Source: Bilabrum cf. latius (lineage: Eukaryota). From it: 64,000 nt of DNA. Position numbers and translations under genes: made by a program. How positions within the stretch are numbered: the stretch's first letter is position 1; each line of letters opens with the position of its first letter. This document shows, piece by piece, positions 1 through 12,400 of this stretch. The DNA lies in assembly GCA_965178125.1 (NCBI GenBank), contig OZ237735.1:1736001-1800000 (forward strand). Direction: 5' to 3'. Under the pieces are notes generated by a model. It saw only the letters and a program-made list of their open reading frames with translations. It was not told where the DNA came from and did no database searches.

Positions 1-4
1 ATAT

Positions 5-2924
5 TCAAGATACCGATAGTAGCCTCGGCGAATCTCGATCAATCCACTCATCGTGAGACTTCGGCCAGCCTGGGAAATGGAGACGAACTAACCCATTTTC
101 CAGCACCGCCACAACCACGACGACGAACACCTCGCCAAGTTTCCCAAGCAGTCCGATTCGTTGCCTTTTTCTGATGGTCTACCTGGCAGATGAACTAAGA
201 GCGCCCCCGGCACTTGCTACTACGTTTGAGTCAATCCCACTGCTGGCGTTGTGGCCGCTGCTGCCCGATGCGACAGCACCCTGCACAGCCCCAGAGTGTC
301 CCCGGGCCAGCTGTGAGGACGAGGCACCAGAGCTGAAAGCACGTTTCCCCGCCTGACTCGGCACAGACGTAGGCGTAGCACTCTTGCTGTTCGGTTTCGA
401 CACAGGCAGGTCCGGGTCAAGGAGGCAAGGTACGATCATCCCCTCGGCACTCAGCCGGCACTGCCCGTCCTCCAGACCGCTGCGAGCCATGTAATTTTCC
501 TTCTCCTCGAGGTAGCCGCAAAGAGCATACTCTGGATGCCCAGGCACGGGTGGAGGCAATTCCACAGCGGGCTGCGATGCCATCAGCGCAGCTAGTGACA
601 CTGGTTGAGAGATGGAAGCACCAGACGATGCAGCCGCTGAGCCGTAAGAAGCTGACGAGGCAGCTGAAGAGCTCGAGCTGGACGACGTCGGCTTTGAATC
701 AGACCCAGCTCTGTTCCGCAAGGGTTTTGATAGGGACTCAGTCGCATCTGCTTTGCTCCCAACGGCGCTCAAACGTGCAGAGCTCCCCTGTGAGCCAGCC
801 GACACGTGATCCAGCGTGCCAGGCCGTTGCCCTGCACCCACCCGAGAACGCTTGGAAGCACGGCCAGAGCCATAGTCCCCCGATCCTATCTGCTCAGTCG
901 ATGGCGCACCGACAGTTGAATAGCTGGAATGCACCGCCTCGCTCGCCGTCGCTGCAATTCCAGCTAAACGCAAGCGCATCAGTTGTTTCTACTCAGAGTG
1001 GGTCGCCACCGATGATGTACCCACGCTACCAGGTGGTGTATTCGTTTCACGGACTTGCACGCAGTGACCTGCATTTGACAAAAGTACTGCCTTGGGCATG
1101 CCATGCGAGGGCCCTACATCAATGCTGCGTGCACTGCCTAGAGACTGTTCTGTGGCCTCAACAGCTGGATGGTGCCTGGCGAGCTAGACTTGGCTCAGCA
1201 TCATATCTCTGCTTCGCTTTGATCCTGTAAGTCTTTCACCTGCTTGCACACGAAAGAGATGCCCGCTCACTGAGCGAGACGCCTAAGAAGACGTGGGATG
1301 TCCCGTCGAAGTGCGCAGGCTCCGAAGCAGGTGTGCTGCCCTGCTGGCCACAGCAGCCAGCCCTGAAGATGGGCTGTAGATCTGCATTCGAGACTAACGC
1401 TGCGGCTGTTTGGGGCCCAGCATGTTTCTGTAAGTCGGGATGGTCCCATTGAGTGAGCCAGCCGATACCGAAGGGTCCTACTAGCTTGCCCGTCCGAGGT
1501 TGTGTCGGGCCCTCCAGTCGTTCCCTCCATGCATTTGTAGCCTCTGGTCAAAGCATAATACGCGTGCCCCTTGAGCAGAGGGCTACATCCCATTCTGGGC
1601 GCGTGTGTGAGTATCACGGGTCGTTGATGATGCGAGGCGAGTGCAAGAAGATATCGCTGCGGCGGATTCGGCTAGATCCCAAGACATGGCACTCTTGGGC
1701 GGCGTCTCTTGGAAACTGTCAGTCGAATGGCCCGATGCCTTGCTGCTCGCTTGGCTTCTGTCGTCGCCAGCCGATCCGTGTGCAGCCAGCCGCAGCCGCC
1801 TTTTCCGTTCGAACAGCACCATGGCCCGCTCCAGGGCAGGCACGTCAATGCGCACATTGTCGGGGCGGCAGTTGCAAGCAGTCTTCAGTGCTGCTCGACC
1901 CCACGGGAGCCAGTCCCACGTGGCAAAATTCACCGCTTCTGCCACGTTCACTCCGGTATTGAACCCGGAATGGAACGCAGCTGGGTGCGTTATGACATAC
2001 TCTCCAGGGTACTGCATGACTCGGCGGACCGGAATCCCGCTCGTCCGCAGGTGACTAGGCGAAATGACGCTAGTCTTGTGCCGTAGGAAGTGCTTGCAGC
2101 CCGTGTCCATCTGCGTCTCTGCCAGGAGTCCTCCTGCTTTCTGCTCGAATCGAGCCGCGTCGTCGGGTCGGAGGACGTACCAGAACTTTGGAGAACCCTA
2201 ATGGAGGTAGTTGATCGAAGGCAAGTCAACGTCCTCTTTGTGCCAGGCAAATGATGATCTCCAAGTTCCAATGTAGAGCATCGACCGGTTGATGCCAGGG
2301 ATGTCTTGGCCCAGCAAGGCCAGCTCCGTATCCAAGCGATCCAAGTTCCACCCCCCTGCTTCCTGGGAGCCAAATAGTGTTCCAGTCTGATCTGATGCAT
2401 ACCTTGGAGGAATTGATGAGGTTGTTAGTGTCCACCAATACCTCCTTTCTATCTTTTTCCACGGCACGGAGGCTGCGCTGGTGGAAAAGGCATACGAGGC
2501 AGATCGTAGGTGCAGGCTTGGACGGCGCACAGCGGGCGAGAAAGCATTGATGTATCTTACGAGATAGTGAGCCGCTATTCTAATTTCCCCATTCAATAAA
2601 TTTCAAAAGAGGAAGCTGCTGAGGCACGCAGTCTCGCATAGCTAGCGTAACTACCCCGGACCTTCCCAGCGGAACCTACTCTGTTGGTTTGACAGTGAGC
2701 TTGCGCAAGGAATCATTGATATTTTTGAAATCTGCAAATTCCTTGGGCGCAACAACCTTGACAACACCCTCTTCTCTAAATCGTGGGTTCGAAGCCACGG
2801 ATGACTGCAAAAAACCTCGCAGGCCCAGCTTGAACTCTTCCGCTGTTGGACGCAGAACCAAGCAATCCGTTGCGTCTGTTTCTGGTGACTGATCAAAGCA
2901 ACATGGGATCAGTGGGTCCTGCAT
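5..2924 (-). CDS. KDM4/JMJD2-like JmjN-JmjC histone lysine demethylase with C-terminal chromo-barrel/Tudor-knot-like domain; exons 2924..2561 and 2472..5; about 943 aa with TAG=Gln
   Basis: JmjN motif LVLRPTAEEF...GVVKVVAP. JmjC motifs IERRYW, GINRSMLYIGTWRSSFAWHKED, INYLH*GSPKFWY, CKHFLRHK, QYPGEYVITHPAAFHSGFNTGVNVAEAVNFA and CNC give the Fe ligands H-x-E...H and KDM4-type Zn ligands. Track ORFs 2198..2596, 1583..2110 and 179..979 share one frame, interrupted only by TAG (about 11 in the whole gene). Start ATG at 2924 (AAAACAATG). First TAA/TGA is TGA at 7..5, after VRLHFPGWPKSHDEWIDRDSPRL. Confidence 0.9.
2473..2560 (-). other. Spliceosomal GT-AG intron (88 nt, phase 1) in the KDM4-like gene
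   Basis: Donor C|GTAAGA at 2560 and pyrimidine-rich acceptor CCTTTTCCACCAGCGCAG| ending at 2473. Removing it reconciles the frame change between the JmjN exon and the JmjC exon (...GSLS-P-SVPWKKIERRYW). Confidence 0.75.
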
Positions 2925-3407
2925 TGTTTTGAAGATTATGCTCAGAAAGTCTGCGTTGTCATCGAGAACACACCGACTTGGCCACACGTAATTGTCGCCG
3001 TATCGCTCAACAGTGGAGCAGCCGTAGATGTATCGTTATTGATGACAATCGCCACGACGCTGTTAGGTCGAGATTCGCGAAGGAGAATGGTCTGGAGAAG
3101 TCTAGACCCTGCGACCACGTGCCGGTTGTAACCATTGTGCGACGAAATTTTGGTTACAACCACTGTGTCGCTCAAACCTCAACGCTCCAGAAACTAGCCT
3201 TTTTCTTCGGCTATCCAAGAAGGGACCAAGCGTTTTACTCGGCCTTGTTATTTAAGAGCTAATCTTGCTTGGCAAGGCGACTAGATAGTAGCTGTAAGCT
3301 CAATATACTCTGACTATCAGCTTTCAAGAAGAATCGGCTGGACTCTGCCGCGTGGATTTGACTGAAAGACACGAGTTCCCAGCCTTGATTGGCTTACCAG
3401 TCGGATT
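2925..3407. promoter_or_regulatory. Short divergent intergenic region (about 480 nt), probable bidirectional promoter and 5' UTRs
   Basis: Lies between the head-to-head start codons of the KDM4-like gene (2924, minus) and the giant gene (3408, plus). No specific promoter element identified. Confidence 0.45.
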
Positions 3408-6400
3408 ATGGTTAGGATAAATGTAGCGCTAGCCGCAATGTGGCTGGTTGTGGGGAGCTCAGCCAAGCTTGATTTCGCTGAGCTAGCTTTGGATTCTACC
3501 GCGGTACCAGAGGTATCCAGCGCACACGGTGAGTCCCTTCAATTGCAATTCCGGCGCAACTTTTGCTAGTCCAGCTTAATTATCGTCACACGTGATATTT
3601 TTCTGGTTTTCAAACGCAGTCGATGTTGATGATGTTGTGCAGGCCTCGGGGTGTCGCATGGCTTCGATCGTATCGCCATCTTCGTAGTGCGTCTCCACTA
3701 ATGGTGGCTCAGCATATGCACATGAATCATCGCACAGTATTACTACCGATGGCCTGACCATTGGCGCCTGGGTCAGGGTCTTTGCCGCTGATTCTGGCCC
3801 ATCGCGATCGGTCTCTGGATGCCTCATGGCCGTAGGTAGCCCGGCAAGCACCGCTCGCGCTGAAGTTGACCCCTATACGGTACCATCTATCTGTCTTGTC
3901 CATCGTGGAACTCATTCTAGCGATGTTGGTGGCAACGATGACTTTGATATAGGAGCCTACGCGTGGGCAGCGGGCGCTGGGCAGTGCCAACAAGCCACGG
4001 AGTCGTCTCTCTGGCCCTGCAGCGGCATCGAAGAGCCCCCAGCCCTTGTATCGACCAGCGGAGCTGCAGAACAGAGAGGTGGGCTACTCTCAGGGCAAGC
4101 TGGTGGGCGCGCTGTCCATGCCGGAAGCGGGGCCCGTCGAAACCGGTGGCATTTTGTTGCTGCCTCGTGGTCGGCGTCTGGGCAAGGGCAGGCCACTGCA
4201 ACGATGTTCACGCAGGGCCTCGGCCATGCTACTACGCAGATGCTTTCTGTTGCAACGGGAACAACGCCTCTAGCACTCGGCATACCATCGTCGCCTTGGA
4301 TCGTGGGCGCAGTGGCGAGCCCCCACACCGTAACAGCAGGGTCGACCGAGCGGCCGCAAGCGACACCCCTCCTGGGTACTCCATGGCTTAAGCTCGATGG
4401 TAGCGTCGGACTTGCGCTTGCGATTAGGGCAGAGGTGGCAGGTGCCTTTTTGTACGGCCGTAGCCTATCGCCAGACGCTCTCGCTACGTTGGCCAGCGGT
4501 AGATTGGCTGCGTCCGGCATGCTGCCGCCGCTAGCTGGGGCCAGCACATTTGGGCTCCGGTTCAGTGGCCAACGCTTATCAGGAAACGATGTGTTGGCAG
4601 GGTCACCAGGAGTCATTGTTGAGCTGCCTCACATGTCCACGCTTGCAGCGGTTCCAGCTGCGGACGGGAGCCCCTTCGGTGTTTCGCTCGACGTGACCGC
4701 TGACCGAGTCGAGGGTGCTCGGGCTGGGCACGTGATGATACTGCTCGAGCACGTTTAGGACGGGCAGCTTTCGCTGAGACTTTAGCTGCGGTCTGCAGAC
4801 TAGGATGGTTTGAGCAGCTCCCAGTACCGAGTTGAGGTGATCGCATGTCCTGCATGCACTGGCGGTACTGGCCGGCTGGTGCAGTGGACACCTGGCTAGA
4901 TCCTGACTTTCGCTGTTGATGGTGATCACACACCCAGAATGCGGCGACTTGAAGTGGCCTGGACTAGCGATGAGATATCTCTTGCCATCGACGGGCAGTC
5001 TGCTGCAATCACTGGAGTTGCGAACCTATCAACAGTTGCGACGCTTGGCCAGCTGCCGGCGAGAGCTTGCATCAGCAATCGCGATGGATGGGTCATCGCT
5101 GCATCAGCCTCTTGCTCTGCCTACTCCGCCGCAGAGAAGGACGCTTCCAGTTTCAGGGGATCAGTGTCTCGGTTTCGAGTCCTTGGTTGGCCAGACGCAA
5201 TTGCATTCCTTTCTGCAGCGGAGCAGGACAGGTATTCAGCAGGGATTGCAGCCATCTCCAATGCACCCTCGGTGCTTTCGCTCGATTTTTTGGCCGGTAC
5301 TGGAAGCCATTTGATTGCTTCATACAGTAACTATGCTTGGCCAGCCGCTGCACCGTCCACATAGACTGCTGCAAGCGTTGTATTCGAGGTTGTTGGTGCA
5401 GCATCGACCCTGCAGGACACCCTGGAGTCCATAGACAGCGCAACGCAAGGCCTGTTTGGGGACAATCTCAATGGCAACACTCCGAAGTGGTGCACCGTGT
5501 CAGCGGCTTCTGGTGCCTCTTTCACCAATTAGAGCATCCCAAGGGCTCTTGATGTGGCTGGTCTCTTGTCTACGAGTGGTAGGCTCGCTTTTGGGGGACA
5601 AGCTGCAGCTGCAGCTCGAGTTGTGTTATCTGCTCGCGAGCAAGCCACCACAGGGGTTGGCTTGGCCTTTGTACTGGACACAGATGTCGCCGTACGCTCG
5701 GCCGATGGGACAGGCTTGGTAGCAAACGCTTGCATCGAAGCAGCCGTCGGATCTTCTGCAATCAACGACCGACACGCGTGCCTCGCTGCAGTGGCTGGCC
5801 AGGCGCTTGCGTCCATCGGAATTCAGAAGATGGTTGTTGCCTCATCGCTCTTGTACCCTCAATCAGACCTGGCGAGCTGTACCGATCTTCAGTCTGCACT
5901 AAAGGTGGAATTTACGCAGCCGATCACTGGCGCAGGGAAACGGCTCGCTGTGGCTCGGGTTACCTAGTCAGTTGCAGTGTTGGCGGCCTGCTTCGATGGT
6001 ACTATCCTTGCTAATGTTGAGGTTGCAAGGCCATCGCTTCGCAGCAACGGCGAAGCCAGTGCATTTCTTTCGCTAGACGTGCACTTCCAGCGTGGGAACT
6101 TGAGCAGCAACGTGCTGCGATATGCGCCAATAGAAGCCGCAGAAGATGCCTTTTTGAGGCTGTCTGATCCAGTCGCTTCCGCCCTAAATGGCACTGGCAT
6201 TGATCTTTTGTCGGTGGCTGCACTAGCCTACACGACCGTGTCGTTTCCTTCAAGCTTGGCCACTAGCACCATTGACCTGGTTCAAATGCTGGGCACACAT
6301 GTTGCTCGCAGTTTGGACGAGACCTCGAGAGCTGCCAACTCGGAGTGCTCTGCGGCTGGGACTGGTGCCTACCAGTACCAATAGGATGCGATGGCCGTGC

Positions 6401-9400
6401 TGACAAGCTCACCAGCAATAGCGCTTACGGTAGCCCTGCGTCCCCCCTCCGGTCCTTCTTTGGCTTTTTCGCAACATGGCGGTCACAGCCGCTTAGTAAT
6501 GGGCAACGGTAGCGTGCCTCTGTTCCAAGCGGCCGATTTGGACGTTGGTGAGGGTATGGGCGGCTAGCTGCTTGCTGATCTCTCCGTGTCAGAGGAGTAG
6601 ATTTTCAACGGGACAGAATCACCGCTGGATCTGGAGCGGTCAATCGCAACAGACGCTTCAATCGTGTTGCCCACGTCAATGGAGGCGTGGGTTGGCAGGA
6701 AGGACCTGCAAGGGTCCGATACGGAGGGGCGTATGGTACGCCAAGCCCGATTTCGCTTCCGACAAGAGGGCAGCGAGCGCTCTGTGGGTAGTCTTAGCAT
6801 GGAGATGCCCGCCACTCCGAGGTCCTTGCGGAGAAACGGGGCGGGCAGTCTGCGGAGGGGTTTCCCGAGCCGCGCAGTGGTCGATGTAGTTGTGTCCGAT
6901 GCAGGCGGCAGCCTCGAGCAGGGCGCAACCGCTCTAGCCAGGCGCTCCAGTTTTGCTGTAGGGGTTCGATCGTGCAATTCCGAGCTGCGCCTTGCTCCAG
7001 GACAAGCCACTTTTCTTGCGCCGCTGCTCGATGCACATGAGGATCACGTGGTTGAGATCGGGCTAGAATCGGGTAGTGTCCCTGCAGCAATGTCAAGGTA
7101 TGCCTCGATCGAAGCGGCAGCTACCGCAGCGAGTGCCTCCAGCGAGGACGTCCCTGCATTGCCGTGGATTTGGTGCAGCGCAGGCTCTTCGCTCACCCCA
7201 GCCGTAGGCGCACGTTCAGCAGGTAGCAGCGTGTTTTGTCGCGTTCCGATGGACGCTATCATTGCACAGAATGCTTCTGCAACGAATGGCTTAATATCGG
7301 TACAGATGCAGCTTATAAAGGTCGCCGTTGACTCCGTGTGCACCTCGAGTAGCTAGCAATTACAATTGGCTATTGGTTCCCTGGCTACTGTAGAGGATAG
7401 CACCAAGTGCTTCTCTGACGGGCACGGATCGCTGCAATGGCAATTGATGCTAAACGCCTCTGCGAATGGCTTGCGCGATGATCAGATCGTGGTGTCATGC
7501 GAGCGCCCTGATGGAACTGCATTTGAAGGATTTGCCGTTTCTAGCTCCTCTCTCTCGCAATATGTTGTGGAATGTCCTTGCCGTGGCATGCTGGCGGTTG
7601 GTTCGGTGTTCGCAGGGAAGCTTGACGTTAGTGTTGGTCTCAGCATTGGACCACTCCGTGGCCTGGCACAGATCGCTTCGCACATGAGTGCCCATCTGTT
7701 GTTGAGTCCCAGGATAAACAGCGCCAGCCAAGATCGCTCCGGAAACTTGGTTCTGCATGGCCAGAACTTCGGTTTGCTCACCAAGCCAGTCTGCTGGATA
7801 GAAGGGCTAAGCTTGCCAGCCACTCGCGTGAGAGAGGGTATCAATTGCGGACCCACTCCCGCGATTGCATCGCTACATGGATTCAGGAGGTTGGATGGCG
7901 CCTGCGGTCCCGCTTGCCCCGGTCTCGCTGTGCTCGTGTCTCTGTTCGATGAAGGCTAGGTGCCTTCACCAGCATAGCACAGGGGTATTGAGCTGGTGGT
8001 GAGTCAAATGACTGGGTACGCATCAGCCGATAGAACCAGGCAAATCAGAATGGTGCTCCTGAAAGCACCTGCTATTGCTGGTCACTCTCCAACAGTCATC
8101 AGCACCGTGTCTCCAGTCCCAGTATTGCTCAGACTGTCGCTGCAAGCCAATGCAACATCTTGGGCGGAGGTGTAGTTAGGAAGAGTATTTTGTGCGTTTA
8201 GAGGCTAGCATGGAAATGAGACGGTAGCAGAAGGTAGATTGATCGAAGAGGGTGGCTATGTATCCGCGGCTTGCCATCCCCCTCGGCTTCCGGCCGGAAC
8301 GTACACTCTCAGCGTGCGACCAGCCGGTGGCATGCTCTGGGAGCCAAGCAGCGGCTTAGCCTCTGCTGTTTTGCGTGTGGTCTCCAGATCTGCTTCGTTC
8401 CGTGTAGCACCTGGCCAAGCCACCTACTTGACTGTGGCTGGCAACGACTCGATCGATTCTTCTGGTTTCGAGTTTGACCTAGATCACGATGGAGATGCTC
8501 AAGTATTTGAAGCAGGAGTGCATTGCTAGCTTCGATTCCAGTCATCGGATTCCAGCCATACATTTCGAACACCTGCTACTGTGCTGGAACCGGGAGTTGT
8601 GCGATGCCAAGCACCTCCGGAGGCACTACGAGGTCAGGGATCAAGCGAAAACTTGATGTATATCGTTGCTGCGCCTGGTTTGGCATCTGAAGATCTTATC
8701 AGGAGCCCATGGCAAGATACAGAGGCAGCTACAGTTCGTCTGACCTCGCCATTGAGTGTTTCTATTGACCCTGCTGCACTGACCATTAGTGGAGCTGGCT
8801 GGAGCAACATCACGTTCGCTTTGAACAGCGATTCACAATATGACGTCGTGTGCACTTTTTGCGGCTTCTATGATTCTCCTGCCGTGCAGAATTAGGACAT
8901 TTGGACCTGCAAGGCCCCATCCATGGCTACACTGCTGAATATCAGTCGCTGCCCCGAATAGGAAGAAGGCCAGCTCCAGCTTCGTGTGCCGTTTTCCGTA
9001 CGGCGGCGTCGCGATGCTTTGCAGCTCGCCCCCTAGAGAGCTGTTGTTTTGATTCATTCGGACGTCGTTGCTGATTTACGATCGACAGTCCCCGTGATAG
9101 CATCTGTGTCTCAATCTTATCAGCTTAATCTGGATGGGGTTGACGCTGTGCTTAGCGGGGCGAGCGCTGCATCTACTTCGACTTTGGTTGTCGAGTGCTA
9201 GACAAGTGTCGGTGCAATTGTTGCCGCTCGCGCAGAGTAGTGGACGACAGCATCGTCTGTTCCCATCGAGCTTCTCGAGAAGGATTCGAAGTGTCGACTT
9301 GGCTTGCGGGTGGGTGAATCTGTCATGTTTAGTCCGCAACACTTCAGGGCGGTACGTGTGGAGCCGTTTGCACCCTCCTACGAAGGCTCAATACTACGAT

Positions 9401-12400
9401 TCTCGGACAGCTCTGTCGCAGTGAACGTCCGCCGGTCAAATTTTGTATCTGGTCTATCTGCTTCTTTTCAGTGTGCTGTTAGCTCCGACGGGTTGACATT
9501 TAGGTTTGTACCTGCCGTTGCCGTCACAGACTATGATAGCAGAATTGAAGTTCAGTGTCCGCTGCAACTGTCATGCTCTGACGACCAAGCACGGGACATT
9601 CGCGTTGCTGTGTTGCAGCACTAGTCGATGCAGCCTGAATCTGTCGAAGCATTTACCAGCATACCTGCATTGCAGTGTCTGTCGCACGCTGCATCAGTGC
9701 ATACAGGAACATTACGGTCCAGAAATTCTACCGAGGCAGTTCAGCTAGCTCTCACGGGCAACTATGGCCTCCCTGCCGGGTTCCATTTTGAATGCTCATG
9801 CGGTGGCTTGCTGGCTGGATTTGGTGCTTCGGGGTCATCAATCCCTTGTGTTGCATCAGATCAATGCCTTATTGACAGCAAGTATGTGTTTGAAGCAGTC
9901 GTTGTGGACGAGTCGGGTAGATATGCTCCAAGGGCTGACAACGTCAAGGTGGAGATTGGCGCCGCACCACAAATTCTGGCAGTCTTTGGGACTATCGGCG
10001 TGCGGAGGATCCATCTACAGCAATCTATAGTCCTTTTGAATGCATCAGTGGAAATTGATAGCGCCGTTGGCCAGGTTGCCCCATTATGCCGGCTCGCGCT
10101 CCTTCAGCGAAACCGAACTGTGTACGTGCTCGGAGAAGCAAGTAGCTTCGGCGTGTCGTCTGGTCGATTATCATGCACTCTGAATGCTGGAGAGATTCAG
10201 AGCAGCATTCATGCTGGAAGCAACTCCATTGGATACTTGGAGGTAAGCCTGGACTCGGTAACTTTCGTTCGCGAGCCTTCCCCAACGCGAATCATGGACT
10301 CCGATGCTTCTAGCATCGTGCCACTGTCAAGATTTGCATTGGGCATGAATGGCTCGTTAGCATCGTTTAGATTGCCAATTGGTGGGCACAGTGGCGATGC
10401 GGTGTGCGTCTTCCGGGGTCTCGGTGGAGCTGTATCATTCGAGACGTCAACTACACTGTCGGAATTCCAACGGCTACTCCAGTGTGACCTGCCCCCGCAC
10501 GCAGAGGGGAACTTCTTACTGAGCCTCAAGTCAGAGAGCATGGGCACAGTTTAGGCTGGCACCGTTTCTATAATTCGAAGTGCCTCAGCAAAGTCGCTGG
10601 GTGCAAGTCGAAGTGGGAGCACATTGACAGTTTCTGCACAGCTTGACTTCACGCCGAGTACAGATTTGCATCCTACGGCAGGGGTATGTACAATTGGCGC
10701 AGATTCGGATGTACAGGGCATTTGGAGTCTAGCTAATGACTCTAGCTCAGGCGAAGCATCCTGCGTTTTGCAAGGATCTGTGCTGCCCGGGCGATAGCTC
10801 GCATGTTTTCGCACTGAGGAGGCCCAGATAATTGCATGCGCTTTGGTGCACATTCCACACGAAGCCAGTTTAGCTGTCATTTCTGTTGCCCCATCTACTT
10901 TGACTGATGCTGATGGTCTGGTTGAAGACTATAGTGGATAGTTTTATCCAGTGGCAGCAGGCTCTGTTGCAGTAGATATAACTCCTGTGGAGCACTCTAG
11001 CCTACTGTAGGCTACAGCAGCAGCCGGGCAGCAAATATTTTGCGTTTGGCATGTCTTGTCACACCTCGAAATTATTGAGCGTGTAGCTTGCTTAGAGAGT
11101 CTTGGTGTGCAAGATCAAACTGCTAGATGCCTGCTTCCCTCCGATTTGCGCGGAGCAAATTCAACCCTGTTGTCACTCGCTGCTGGTATCTCGTGCAATA
11201 AGGCCTCGAGCATCTCGTTTCCGAAGCAGCTTTTGTTTATGCCTGTGCAATCGCGCGCAATTGGAGCTACGCTTCTGGTTGGCCTGGATGCATCAGGACA
11301 ACACGAGCTTGTAGTGCGCACATCAGGAGCCATACACCCGAGCTCCTTCCTTTTCGACTGGTGTGATGGCAGGCGAAGTATGGATTGCGTTTCGTCTTTT
11401 TAGTGTCATCCCAGCTAGTTTGCTGATTTCATCAGTTGCTTAGGCGGTGATTCCTCCTCATTTGACCCAGTCGTGCTGCGAAGCGCAAGGCTGTTTCAGA
11501 GCGCCGACGGATTCAACTGGATTAGCTCTGCATTGAAACCTGGCGCCTTGGATGTCATAATTTCACCGGAGCTGGACTTGGTGCAGCCGGCACTTCTTGT
11601 TCGTGATGGGGGGGTTCTTAGATTTTATTTGAGAAACGTTGACACCGCAGCCACTGCAGCTAGGCTCTCTGTCAAGGTTGGTGGGGCTTTGTGCCAGACA
11701 CAACTTGCGACTACTTCGACACTTGAATGCCTTGCACCACCCTCCTGGATAGTCGGTAGCACGAATAAGGTTCCTATATCCGCATCATTTGAGGCGGCCG
11801 CAGGGGTTGCAAGAGCGGTATCATTATCTGGTCCAGGTTACGTCACATACCTTGACGGTGTGCGCGTGGTGTCGTTCATCCCAAGTCGAATAACAGCGGG
11901 TGCGACGACTGAGCTACGCATTGATCTGCAAAACGCTGCCTTGTGGCTAGCTGCAGCCCCTGGTATAAAGGCGCAGTGTACTGTCGGACCGTTGACCACA
12001 ACGAATGCCACCATCGATGTGAACGATGGCTTGGTTCGCTGCGATGTCCCGCGTCAGCTTGTCCCAGACAGTCCTGTTTTCGTCAAGGTACATTTGTATG
12101 CTGGAGATGATCTACTACTGACGTCGTCATCGCCGGTACTTGTACCAGTGCTGGCACCATCGAGTGCAATCGGCCGGTCGCTGGTGAGCAGGGACAGCGG
12201 AGACCCTAGCTTTGTTCTCGTCAGCATAGACATGGAGTCTTCATTCAGAAGTGTAACTGCAGAGGTATTTTGTAGGGCGTGTAGTGTGGTGACTCAAGCG
12301 AGTTTGATCTCTGTCAGCTAGGTTTAGTGCAAGGTATTGCAGTCTTGCTTGGCGGGTGGAGTGGAGACTTCCGTTAATGGCTTTGACTGGGAGCACATTG

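Noticed and set aside
3421-3579. Frame-1 ATG at 3421 as the start of the giant gene
   Set aside because: It runs into TAA at 3577. The frame-3 ATG at 3408 with the GT-AG intron gives a signal peptide and an in-frame join.
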